Shown: positions 10,236 to 20,829 of the stretch, in pieces
Layout: every line of letters begins with the position of its first letter
Position numbering within the stretch: position 1 is the first letter of the stretch
NCBI GenBank assembly: GCA_050950145.1
Contig: JBMNHB010000001.1
Location: forward strand, 684,820 to 748,819
DNA: 64,000 nt
Origin: Candidatus Dojkabacteria bacterium
Lineage (GTDB): Bacteria > Patescibacteriota > Dojkabacteria > SC72
Direction of reading: 5' to 3'
The notes under the pieces: model-generated
The model's input: the letters and a program-made list of their open reading frames with translations, nothing else
Told to the model about the DNA's origin: nothing
The model's database searches: none
Translations under genes and position numbers: made by a program

Positions 10236-10859
10236 TTAAACCAAATATCCCTTTAGTACAACCCTATCCATATCTGGCTTTCTTGCCTTTAAGATATATC
10301 TACCATACAAAACAAATATAGAATTAACCTTGTACCAATCTTTTTTAGGATACAGTTTCTCTAAATCATGAGCTACCTTAGTTGGATCTGTATTCTTAGT
10401 AAGACCATATGCCCTAGCAACCCTTAAAACATGTGTATCTACAGCAATTCCCTCATTAGCCCTATATCTTTCATTTAGAAAAACATTTGCAGTCTTGTAA
10501 CCTACCCCCGGTAGTTCAACAAGCTCATTAAGTGATTTAGGTGGTTGTCCATCATACTGTTTATCTAAAATCTTAGCCGTCTGCTTGATATTCCTAGATT
10601 TAGTTCTAAAATAGTTGATACCCCCCAGGGTATATTCTAAATCTTCTGTTTTTGCATTTGCTAATTCCTTCGCATTCGGATACTTCCTAAAAAGCTCTGG
10701 GGTAACCTTGTTCACCTGAATATCTGTTGTCTGAGCAGAGAGGATAACAGCAACTAAAAATTGAAAATCATTCTTCCAATTTGCAAGCTCTGTAGTGGCC
10801 TCTGGAAAAAGTTTTTCTACTTCTGATAGTAACTTGATTGCTAATTCTTTCTTTTTCAT
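10236..10859 (-). CDS. Endonuclease III-like HhH-GPD DNA glycosylase that lacks the C-terminal 4Fe-4S cysteine cluster
   Basis: LVAVILSAQTTD, LVELPGVGYKTANVFL and VDTHVLRVARAYGL are hallmark Nth/HhH-GPD motifs. The C-terminus (…LKARKPDMDRVVLKGYLV) has no Cys-X6-C-X2-C-X5-C motif. Confidence 0.8.
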   Translation of the reverse strand: MKKKELAIKLLSEVEKLFPEATTELANWKNDFQFLVAVILSAQTTDIQVNKVTPELFRKYPNAKELANAKTEDLEYTLGGINYFRTKSRNIKQTAKILDKQYDGQPPKSLNELVELPGVGYKTANVFLNERYRANEGIAVDTHVLRVARAYGLTKNTDPTKVAHDLEKLYPKKDWYKVNSIFVLYGRYILKARKPDMDRVVLKGYLV

Positions 10860-11869
10860 TAACTCAAGGCTCTTTTTAATTTGTTTACAAACCCTCTTCC
10901 ATAATAATATTCAAATACTTTCATAATATTGGGAACAATAGTTAATATTCTCCCAAACTCCTCTCTTACCTCTTTAGTTGAGAATTTAATATTAACACAA
11001 CTATCTGCTACTTGTTTAGATAATTCCAATCCACTTGAATACATTACATCCTTCACATTCTCTTTAATAGCGCCGTTGTAGACATTATACAATTTTCTAT
11101 CATAACTAGCTTTAGGATACATATTTTCAACAATCTCCTTAAAACCGATATCGTACTTCAGACCTTGCCTGATATCTCCCATATCTCCGTATGTACTCTT
11201 GATGATACTCTCAATATCATTCCAGATATCATCCCTATCTCGCCAACCATCATTTTCTTTAGTAACAACCTGATGCCAACCAGAACCTACAACTTCTGTG
11301 CACATATCGTACACCCTACTACATCTTTCTTGTACATCTCTCTTCTCATACTGATCTACCTCCTTCTCCCTAATATTCTTCCATTCACTCTCTTCAGACT
11401 TCAATTGAATAACACACCTGTCCAATCCCAATGTAGATATCATCAAAGAATCAAAATCCAATGCTCTATTAATATATCCTACCACTTCTTCCTCATCCCA
11501 ATCATCTTGCAAGGAGAGCCAATACCCTATCGTTAAAGAATTACTAAACGGACCTCTATCAAGAACTAACATTGTATCCCTATACTTTCTATCACTCAGA
11601 TACACATCCATAAACTCCAATCTATTCAATGCAAAAAGTGCCATTCTTACATCCAAACTATCTATTCCATCTAATCCTGGATCCGAGAAACCACCTTTCA
11701 AAAAAGAGCGAATAATTGCACCTGTTGGAGTTGCATATATTGGAAAAGAAGAGAATGTAAGATTTACCCCATCTGCTTCAAGCTCTCTAACCACTCTAGA
11801 AGTTGCATCACCCTTTCCAAGTTGATCTCCTCCCTCAATGTATACTGACCCATAGCTTTCAATCTCCAC
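10859..11869 (-). CDS. Hypothetical protein with an N-terminal nucleoside/nucleotide-kinase-like fold carrying a degenerate P-loop. The stop overlaps the start of the downstream glycosylase gene by 1 nt.
   Basis: N-terminus VYIEGGDQLGKGDATSRV resembles a dTMP-kinase/dNK P-loop but has G in place of S/T after the K. A DR motif (VLDRGPFS) follows. The C-terminal 200 aa are unassigned. Confidence 0.45.
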   Translation of the reverse strand: MEIESYGSVYIEGGDQLGKGDATSRVVRELEADGVNLTFSSFPIYATPTGAIIRSFLKGGFSDPGLDGIDSLDVRMALFALNRLEFMDVYLSDRKYRDTMLVLDRGPFSNSLTIGYWLSLQDDWDEEEVVGYINRALDFDSLMISTLGLDRCVIQLKSEESEWKNIREKEVDQYEKRDVQERCSRVYDMCTEVVGSGWHQVVTKENDGWRDRDDIWNDIESIIKSTYGDMGDIRQGLKYDIGFKEIVENMYPKASYDRKLYNVYNGAIKENVKDVMYSSGLELSKQVADSCVNIKFSTKEVREEFGRILTIVPNIMKVFEYYYGRGFVNKLKRALS

Positions 11870-12125
11870 TTTTAAGAAATTTGTATAAATTTATCTATTT
11901 TCATTATATCACAACCAACATTACAAGGCTTCTGAACAAGTTTCTTACACTGCGACTTCCATATTCAGCACATGGGTTTTTAACCTTTTCCTCTCTCGGG
12001 AAGGTACTCTCAAGATAATTCATTTTCCCAAAAAACTATTTTTCTTGATGTGTAAATTATCAATGTTACAATTATTTGCAAATTGAAAGTAAACAAAAGT
12101 AGGACAATGCCGTATATGTAACAGC

Positions 12126-12947
12126 GTGTTTCCCGTTGTTTTAAGATTTAGAAAAGAAAGAAAAAGGATTTTAGGCCTATTGAAAATCTTTATCGGTCTT
12201 CCCTTGGGTCTTTGTTTTATGTATACTTTGCATATGAAGTTAATGATATTTGACTACGACAAAACTCTAGCAAGGCCTGTTCAATCCCCAGGCGAAGATA
12301 TATTAATTGAAATAGCAAGACTTCTTAAAAACAACCATATCGCTGTCGTTAGTGGTGGACGAACACTTACCCAATTAGATGAACTATTTACTAAGAAAAT
12401 TCCAACAGAAGATAAAAATCTTTTAAAGAACATACTACTCTGCCCTTGGTATGGCAATGAAATATATGAATGGGATAATGGATATAAAATCATATTCAAA
12501 GCTCCTATAATGTCAGATAAGGAGAAGAAAAAGATTTTTTCTGTCTTGGATTCTCTTAATTTGGAAAAGTATGAGGATAGAGGGTCGTATATTTCCATAG
12601 ATTGTTTAGGAAAGGATGCAACAGCAGAAGTTAAAGAGAAATGGGATCCTGATAAAACAAAAAGGTTAGTTATAAAGAGAGATTTGGACAGAGTATTTGA
12701 GAACAGGTTTGATGTTTATGCTACAGGAAGAAGTACAATAGATATTGTTTCAAAGGAGAATACAAAGGCGGATAGTACCGTTGTTTTAGCAAAACTATTA
12801 AATATTCCTCTTAGTGATGTTATTTTCACTGGAGATGAATTTGCATCACATGGAAACGACTATCCTCTACTTGAGTTAGATGACATTACTGTTAATATGG
12901 TTAATTCTCCTGAGGAAACATTAGAGTTAGTAAAAAGAATGGAGTAA
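12126..12947 (+). CDS. HAD-superfamily hydrolase (Cof/IIB-like). The real start is probably an internal Met near 12234.
   Basis: HAD motif I IFDYDKTL near the N-terminus. There is a GDEFASHGND-type C-terminal aspartate motif region (FTGDEFASHGNDYPLL). Confidence 0.7.
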   Translation: MFPVVLRFRKERKRILGLLKIFIGLPLGLCFMYTLHMKLMIFDYDKTLARPVQSPGEDILIEIARLLKNNHIAVVSGGRTLTQLDELFTKKIPTEDKNLLKNILLCPWYGNEIYEWDNGYKIIFKAPIMSDKEKKKIFSVLDSLNLEKYEDRGSYISIDCLGKDATAEVKEKWDPDKTKRLVIKRDLDRVFENRFDVYATGRSTIDIVSKENTKADSTVVLAKLLNIPLSDVIFTGDEFASHGNDYPLLELDDITVNMVNSPEETLELVKRME

Positions 12948-12949
12948 CA

Positions 12950-12976
12950 AAAACCCACTATTTCTAGTGGGTTTAC
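12950..12976. terminator. Hairpin (AACCCACTA / TAGTGGGTT) between the convergent HAD gene and the 5S rRNA. This may act as a bidirectional terminator.
   Basis: 9-bp perfect inverted repeat with a 4-nt loop seen at about 12952-12975. The U-tract is weak. Confidence 0.35.
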
Positions 12977-12987
12977 ATATTCAAAAA

Positions 12988-13107
12988 GTCCTGGCAATAA
13001 CCTATCTTCCCAAAACCAAAGGTTTAAGTATTTTCGGCGTTAGAGTGTTTTACTTCTGAGTTCGGGATGGAGTCAGGTAGTTCCACTCTACTACAATCGC
13101 CAGGCAA
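12988..13107 (-). rRNA. rrf: 5S ribosomal RNA
   Basis: The reverse complement reads GCCTGGCGATTGTAGTAGAGTGGAACTACCTGACTCCATCCCGAACTCAGAAGTAAAACACTCTAACGCCGAAAATACTT..., a canonical 5S (compare E. coli TGCCTGGCGGC...CCGAACTCAGAAGTGAAACG). Confidence 0.85.
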
Positions 13108-13542
13108 AAAGGATCTATTGTATAAATTCCTTTTGCCTGACCTCTTCTTACGAAGAGCTCAGGACTTAATTCTAAAGAGCAAGAGTGTACATTGTACACT
13201 CAAAACCGAACAGAAAGTAATAGAAAATCAAAGAAGCTTTTGGTCGATTAGTACTCCTCAGCTAAGTATATCACTATACTCACACTTAGAGCCTATCAAC
13301 GTGGTAGTCTTCCACGAACCTTCCGTGTAGTCAAGCTACACAAGTATATTTAATCTTGGGAGTGGCTTCGCACTTATATGCCTTCAGTGCTTATCCGATA
13401 ATAACTTAGCTACCCAGCTATGCTCTTGGTAGAACAGCTGGTAGACCAGAGGTTACCACACCCCGATCCTTTCGTACTAGGGGTCGAATCCCTCAAATAT
13501 ACAACGCCTATACCGGATAGAGACCGACCTGGCTTACGCCGG

Positions 13543-13573
<31 letters not shown>

Positions 13574-13606
13574 ACGAACAGTCCAACCCTTGGGATCTTA
13601 TCCAAT

Positions 13607-13638
<32 letters not shown>

Positions 13639-14207
13639 GAACCTTGCCGTCAATATGAACTATCGGGCAAGACTAGCCTGTTATCCCCGGGGTAACTTAT
13701 CTTCGTTAAGCAATGGCGCTTCCACGCACAACCAAAGGATCACTTAAACCTACTTTCGTAACTGATCGGGATGTCTCCCTCACAGTAAAGCCTCCTTATG
13801 CTTATGCACTCTTCACCCGATTTCCATCCGGGTTGAGGAGACCTTAGTGCGCTTGCGGTACTCTTTAGCAAGCAACCGCCCCAGTCAAACTTCCCACCAT
13901 GCACTGTCTAGAATCCAGATAATGGATACTGTTAGAAATAAAATACCAAAAGAGTGGTATTACACTGTTGACTCCACAATTCCTGACGAAACTGCTTCAT
14001 AGTCTCCCACATATTCTATACATCCGAGACCTTATCTCAATGCAAAGCTGAAGTAAAGCTCCACGGGGTCTTTTTGTCCTGGTATAGGTAGGCCGCATCT
14101 TCACAGCCATTTCAATTTCACCGAGCACGTTGTCGAGACAGAGGAAAAATCGTTACACCTTTCATGCAAGTCACTAATTAAGTGACAAGGTATTACGCTA
14201 CCTTAGG

Positions 14208-14523
14208 CATTTCTGTTACTTCCATCTAGTGTTCATTAAACTAGAAGACCTATTTTTAGGCGGATACACCTTCGTGTATCTCTCTACATCACTGTAGAGG
14301 TCGGACTATATCTTCACAATATTATATTGTGTCTAGCATGTAGCCTCTGAGGATTTCCAATTTCTTGGATCTTTCCTGCTGATTGTCCATAAATACAAGA
14401 TTGTTACTCTTTGGTACTTGTATCGTTTAGGATGTTCCAGCATATAGCTAGATTTTAAAACGGCCCTATATCTTTAGATAGCAAACCGAGATTAGCAAAT
14501 ATCTCAGTAGATATATATCTACC
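14208..14523 (-). mobile_element. Group I intron 2 (ORF-less, about 316 nt) inserted after U1923 of 23S rRNA. It lies 6 nt downstream of intron 1.
   Basis: It follows the mini-exon AACGGT (plus strand 14524-14529) and ends ...GAAATG immediately before CCTAAGGTAGCG. It has a second set of P (CTAGCTATATGCTGGAAC), Q (AATCAGCAGGAAAG), R (TCAGAGGCTACA) and S (AAGATATAGTCCGACC) elements. A candidate guide sequence GCCGTT pairs with AACGGT. Confidence 0.75.
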
Positions 14524-14529
14524 ACCGTT

Positions 14530-14829
14530 CACTTGTGTTACCCTCTAACAACATTTGTTAGATTCGTGTATATATTTCTACATACATCTGTATGTCGCCA
14601 TACAGGTCGGACTATATCATCTCCTTATCAGGAGTTTGGCGTATAGTCTCTGAGGATTTCCAATTTCTTGGATCTTTCCTGCTGATTATCTGCATTCTTA
14701 CATTTTAACTACTAGAGATTACAAATTTCTTACAATTTGAATATCATCTAATGAGTAGTAAGAAATACTCAGACTTTCCAGCATATAGCCAAATTTTACA
14801 ACTACAATTCCTAGCTTTCACTAGGTCTA
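14530..14829 (-). mobile_element. Group I intron 1 (ORF-less, about 300 nt) inserted after U1917 of 23S rRNA (E. coli numbering, helix 69)
   Basis: The upstream exon ends ...GGCGGCTGTAACTAT and the intron ends in G just before the mini-exon AACGGT. Conserved group I cores are present: a P-like element AATTTGGCTATATGCTGGAAAG, a Q-like element AATCAGCAGG, R (TCAGAGACTATA) and S (GATGATATAGTCCGACC). A candidate internal guide sequence GTAGTT pairs with the exon end AACTAT. Confidence 0.75.
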
Positions 14830-16188
14830 ATAGTTACAGCCGCCATTGACCAGGGCTTCGACTTTTTGCTTCGCAACCACTAGGGCACCGAAGTGCACCC
14901 AGCAGAGAGCTAACAAATCATCTTAACCTTCTGGCATTGGGCAGGTGTCAGCACTTATACATCCTCTTGCGAGTTTGCAAGCGCCTGTAGTTTTGGTAAC
15001 TAGTCGTTCTTCCCTATTCTGTGCCACTTCCATCACCACAAATTAAAAACTTATGATGGGAAGTCCCCCTTCTTGCGAACTTACGGGGTCAATTTGCCGA
15101 ATTCCTTAACAACGCATCACTCGTACGCCTTAGTGCATTTACACTTGTCCACCAGTGTCGGATTGCAGTACGGTTACAAACATTTTTTTCAACTACCGAA
15201 GTAGTTAAAGATAGAAGTTTTTCCTGGAGAATTAAATACAACAGATCGGCTTCCCGAAGGTCACCTTTGTATTACAACTCGCGTCCATCCACCGAAGTGG
15301 AAACACTCTTCCGGATTTTCCTAAAAGAGCTCTCTTGTTGCTTACACCCCAAACCGATAAGGGGCCTGCATCTTCAATCCTCACACTCCATTTCAAATGT
15401 TAGTAGTACAGGAATATTAACCTGTTAGCCATCGCCTACGCTTTTCAGCCTCAACTTAGGACCGACTAACCCATGGTTGACTGACATAGCCATGGAAACC
15501 TTAGACATTCAGCGAGCAGGGTTTTCACCTGCTTTACGTTACTCATCCCAGCATTCTCACTTCTATACGCTCCAGCAGCTCCTTACGGGCCACCTTCACA
15601 GCTAATTACCGACTGCTAAGTCGGTCATGTATAGAACGCTCCCCTACCACCCATACATATCGTAGTATGTATAAATTCGCAGCTTCGGAATTTACCTTCA
15701 GCCCCGTTAACTTTAAGTGCAAAATCTCTTGATTAGTAAGCTTTTACGCATTTTTTAAAGGATGGCTGCCTCTAAGCCAACCTCCTAACTGTCTGAGAAA
15801 TTTCACTTCCTTTCCCACTAAGGTAAAATTTGGGGTCCTTATCTGACGATCTGGGCTGTTTCCCTCTCGAGCACAGGAACTTAGATCCCTGACTCTAACT
15901 GCTGTAATGTACAATACGGTATTCGGAGTTTAACTGGAATGGGTACCCTTTCGGGCCCCAAATCCAATCAGTGCTCTACCCCCATATCTTAAATTACAAC
16001 GCTAGCCCTAAAGCTATTTCGGGGAGAACCAGCTATTACCAGGTTCGTTTGGCATGTTACCGCTAGCCACAAGTCATCTCATAATTTTGTAACATTAAAA
16101 AGTTCGGGCCTCCGTCATGATTTCTCATGATTTCACCCTGCTCATGGCTGGATCACCTGGTTTCGGGTCTCGTGCATGTGACTCAAAT

Positions 16189-16219
<31 letters not shown>

Positions 16220-16337
16220 CCCCAATAAACATGGTTAACCTTGCCACACACAACGAACTCACTGGGTCATTCTTCAATAGGCACGCCGCTACCGGATATA
16301 CCGGCTACGACTGTTTGTAAGCATATGGTTTCAGTTG

Positions 16338-16379
<42 letters not shown>

Positions 16380-17128
16380 TCTATACTAATTCACTATCGG
16401 TCACAAAAGATATTTAGCCTTGCCGAGTGGTATCGGCTGATTCCTACAAGATCTCACGTGTCTCGTAGTACTTAAGAAATTAAAAAGGAGATTCCACATT
16501 TTTATATACGAGGCTGTCACTCTCTATGGCATATCTTTCCAGATATATTCTACTAAAATGGAATTTTGTAACTCCTTGAAGTGCTTGCTACCACTTCTAT
16601 TAACTCTTACAACGCTTACACCGCACGAGTAGCAACCTACGAGTTCAAGTCTTCACGCTCCGCAACGCGGATTGCAATTTCTATCCCTCTTACACGGTAT
16701 AAGTTTAGGCTCTTCCCTTTTCGCTCGCCACTACTAGGGGAATAAACATATGTTCTCTTTTCCTGCAGGTACTGAGAGGTTTCACTTCCCTGCGTTGTCT
16801 CCTATACAGCTATGTATTCACTGCAAGGTAACTAGGCATAACCCCAGTTGGATTACTCCATTCGGAAATCTTCGGATCAAAGCTCGTTTGACAGCTACCC
16901 AAAGCTTATCGCAATCTACTACGTCCTTCATCGATCTTTTGTGCCAAGGCATTCGCCATACGCCCTTAATTTGCTTAATTGAAATTACTTTCTATTCAGT
17001 TTTAAATGTGCAACTACGGATACTGTAATTCTTACTGTAAAACATTACGACCTACCTCAACAGTAAAAATATATACAGATATCCTGATTCAGAAATTAAA
17101 GATTTCTCTTCTTTTTCTGATAACAATA

Positions 17129-17202
17129 TGGACCTGAGGAGAGTCGAACTCCTGACCTCTTCATTGCAAATGAAGCGTTCTAGCCAACTGAACTACAGGC
17201 CC
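17129..17202 (-). tRNA. tRNA-Ala (anticodon TGC) in the 16S-23S spacer
   Basis: Reverse complement GGGCCTGTAGTTCAGTTGGCTAGAACGCTTCATTTGCAATGAAGAGGTCAGGAGTTCGACTCTCCTCAGGTCCA. It forms a cloverleaf with anticodon loop TTTGCAA and a G3-U70 pair. Confidence 0.9.
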
Positions 17203-17213
17203 AGAACATATTC

Positions 17214-17290
17214 TGGTGGGCGCACCAAGAATCGAACTTGGGACCTCAGTCTTATCAGGACTGCGCTCTAGCCAGCTGAGCTATGCGCCC
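17214..17290 (-). tRNA. tRNA-Ile (anticodon GAT) in the 16S-23S spacer, with encoded CCA
   Basis: Reverse complement GGGCGCATAGCTCAGCTGGCTAGAGCGCAGTCCTGATAAGACTGAGGTCCCAAGTTCGATTCTTGGTGCGCCCACCA. Confidence 0.9.
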
Positions 17291-17373
17291 CTCTTCGGTA
17301 CATATATATTTTTTAATTAAAGAACTTAGCCTTAAAAGCTAAAAAGTGACAGGAAGATCTGGTTACTCCTTAG

Positions 17374-18920
<1,547 letters not shown>

Positions 18921-19306
18921 AAAATAGTACTTAACTTCATACTGTAAAACAATATGGCCAACTAGTACAAATGTTGGACTTTTAAACGTATGACTAAATG
19001 AATTGTGTGAACCCAATCACACAGAAAGTCAATATTTTAGACTTCCTGTCACTCTTCAACTTTTAAGGTGCTAACAACACATCATTGTATAACACTAAGT
19101 AATTTCTTCTCAGGGGGTTCGTTAGAGAAGTTCTCTAAGAGGATTCCTGTTTCTCCATACACATTTTTAACACATATCCCAAACTCGTGAGCAGAAGTAT
19201 AGCATATCAATTTTAAATATGCAAGCTTTTTCATATAGACCTGGTCTGCGTACTTTCCCTTATCACTACAACCCAAAGAGATTGTTTTTGAGACTTTTTA
19301 ATCTTA

Positions 19307-20785
19307 CTATGAGGAGATATAAATCTTATTAGAATAAAATACTGGCTGACAAGTAAGATTAATCCTTAATCTCTTTAACATTCTAAGGTCTCCATCACTC
19401 ACCATATATGTAGCATGAGCATCACACCCAGCTAGCTCTTTTATACTGTTCAACCCCTCCTCTACAGATGGATTTGTAACAGAAGAAATACTTAAAGCTA
19501 TCAAAACTTCCTCTAGCCCCAAACAACGATCATGATCCCCCATCCTCGGAACAAGCTCCAACATAGGTTTAAGTACAGTAGGAGACAGAAGATTTATATT
19601 ATCAGGGATATTAGAAAGCTCTTTAATAGCATTCAAAATCAAACTACTAGCAGGACTTAGTAAATCTGTCTCTTTGCCTGTTATAATTTTTCCATTAGGC
19701 AATTTTAGAGAAATGACATGCTTTCTCTCTCTCTTAGACTTATCTAAAGCAGGTTTTACAACATCAAGATAGTATTCATCTATTCCAAGCTCATTCATTA
19801 ACTTCTTTACTCTTTCAGGGACTTCATAATCAGCTATTCCTGACTTGTAATTACACATCTCATTAAAATATCTTCTCACTATCTCTTTTTTAGATGCTTC
19901 CTGTACCACCTTATCATCCGTAATACACTCCCCTATCATATTCACCCCCATATCTGTAGGAGATTTGTATATATCCTTCCCTACTATTCTATGCAAAATT
20001 GTTTTTAGCACAGGAAACACCTCAAGATCCCTATTGTAGCTAACTGCCCCTATTCCATATACTTCTAAATGAAAGTTATCAATCATATTTACATCTCCTA
20101 AATCTGCCGTAGCTGCTTCATATGCCATATTTAAAGGATGTTTTAATGGAAGATCCCATACTGGCATAGTTTCAAACTTTGCATACCCAGCATTTACCTT
20201 CCTCTTATGTTCATGATAAAGCTGGGAGAGACAGGTTGCTAATTTACCTGAAGCAGGACCGGGAGCAGTTACCAATATTATCTTCTTCTTAGTTTTAATA
20301 TATGGATTAGCACCATACCCTTCTTTACTTACAATTGTATCAATATCTGTAGGATATCCTTTTGTATATCTATGAATATATGTCTTAATCTTGTACCTTT
20401 TCAAAGTTGCCATAAACTTATCTACTGTAGGTTGGTTCTTGTACAGAGTTATCACAACAGAGTTGATAGCAAAACCCATCTCCTGAAGACTACCTATTAA
20501 TCTAATTACCTCCATATCATATGTAATCCCATACTCCGCCCTCACCTTATTCCTTTCAATATCATGAGCACTAATACAAAAAACTATTTCAACATCTTTC
20601 TTAAGCTTCTTAAACATCTTTATCTTCACATCTGGTTGAAACCCAGGTATTACCCTAGATGCATGAGTATCATCAAACAACTTTCCCCCTATCTCAATAT
20701 AGAGTTTATCAAAAAGCTTAGTTCTTTTAAGAATATTTTGACTCTGTATCTTTATATATTTTTCATTGTCAAAACCAGGTTTCAT
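19307..20785 (-). CDS. UPF0371 / DUF1846-family protein, function unknown. The likely start is the internal Met MKPGFDNEKYIKIQ, so the ORF-track extension to 20866 is probably spurious.
   Basis: The sequence is collinear with the UPF0371 proteins of Firmicutes as recalled from memory: ...LYIEIGGKLFDDTHASRVIPGFQPDVKIKM..., ...VTAPGPASGKLATCLSQLYHEH..., ...GYAKFETMPVWDLPLKHPLNMAYEAATADLGDVNMID.... The upstream extension overlaps the insertion sequence's inverted repeat. Confidence 0.75.
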   Translation of the reverse strand: MKPGFDNEKYIKIQSQNILKRTKLFDKLYIEIGGKLFDDTHASRVIPGFQPDVKIKMFKKLKKDVEIVFCISAHDIERNKVRAEYGITYDMEVIRLIGSLQEMGFAINSVVITLYKNQPTVDKFMATLKRYKIKTYIHRYTKGYPTDIDTIVSKEGYGANPYIKTKKKIILVTAPGPASGKLATCLSQLYHEHKRKVNAGYAKFETMPVWDLPLKHPLNMAYEAATADLGDVNMIDNFHLEVYGIGAVSYNRDLEVFPVLKTILHRIVGKDIYKSPTDMGVNMIGECITDDKVVQEASKKEIVRRYFNEMCNYKSGIADYEVPERVKKLMNELGIDEYYLDVVKPALDKSKRERKHVISLKLPNGKIITGKETDLLSPASSLILNAIKELSNIPDNINLLSPTVLKPMLELVPRMGDHDRCLGLEEVLIALSISSVTNPSVEEGLNSIKELAGCDAHATYMVSDGDLRMLKRLRINLTCQPVFYSNKIYISS

Positions 20786-20829
20786 CCTGGAATTAATTGT
20801 AGCATAGAATATATAGAAGATGAACAAAG

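Noticed and set aside
19082-19276. 64-aa ORF between the DUF1846 gene and the 16S promoter region
   Set aside because: It is short, has no ribosome-binding site or motifs, and lies in the likely rRNA promoter or leader region.
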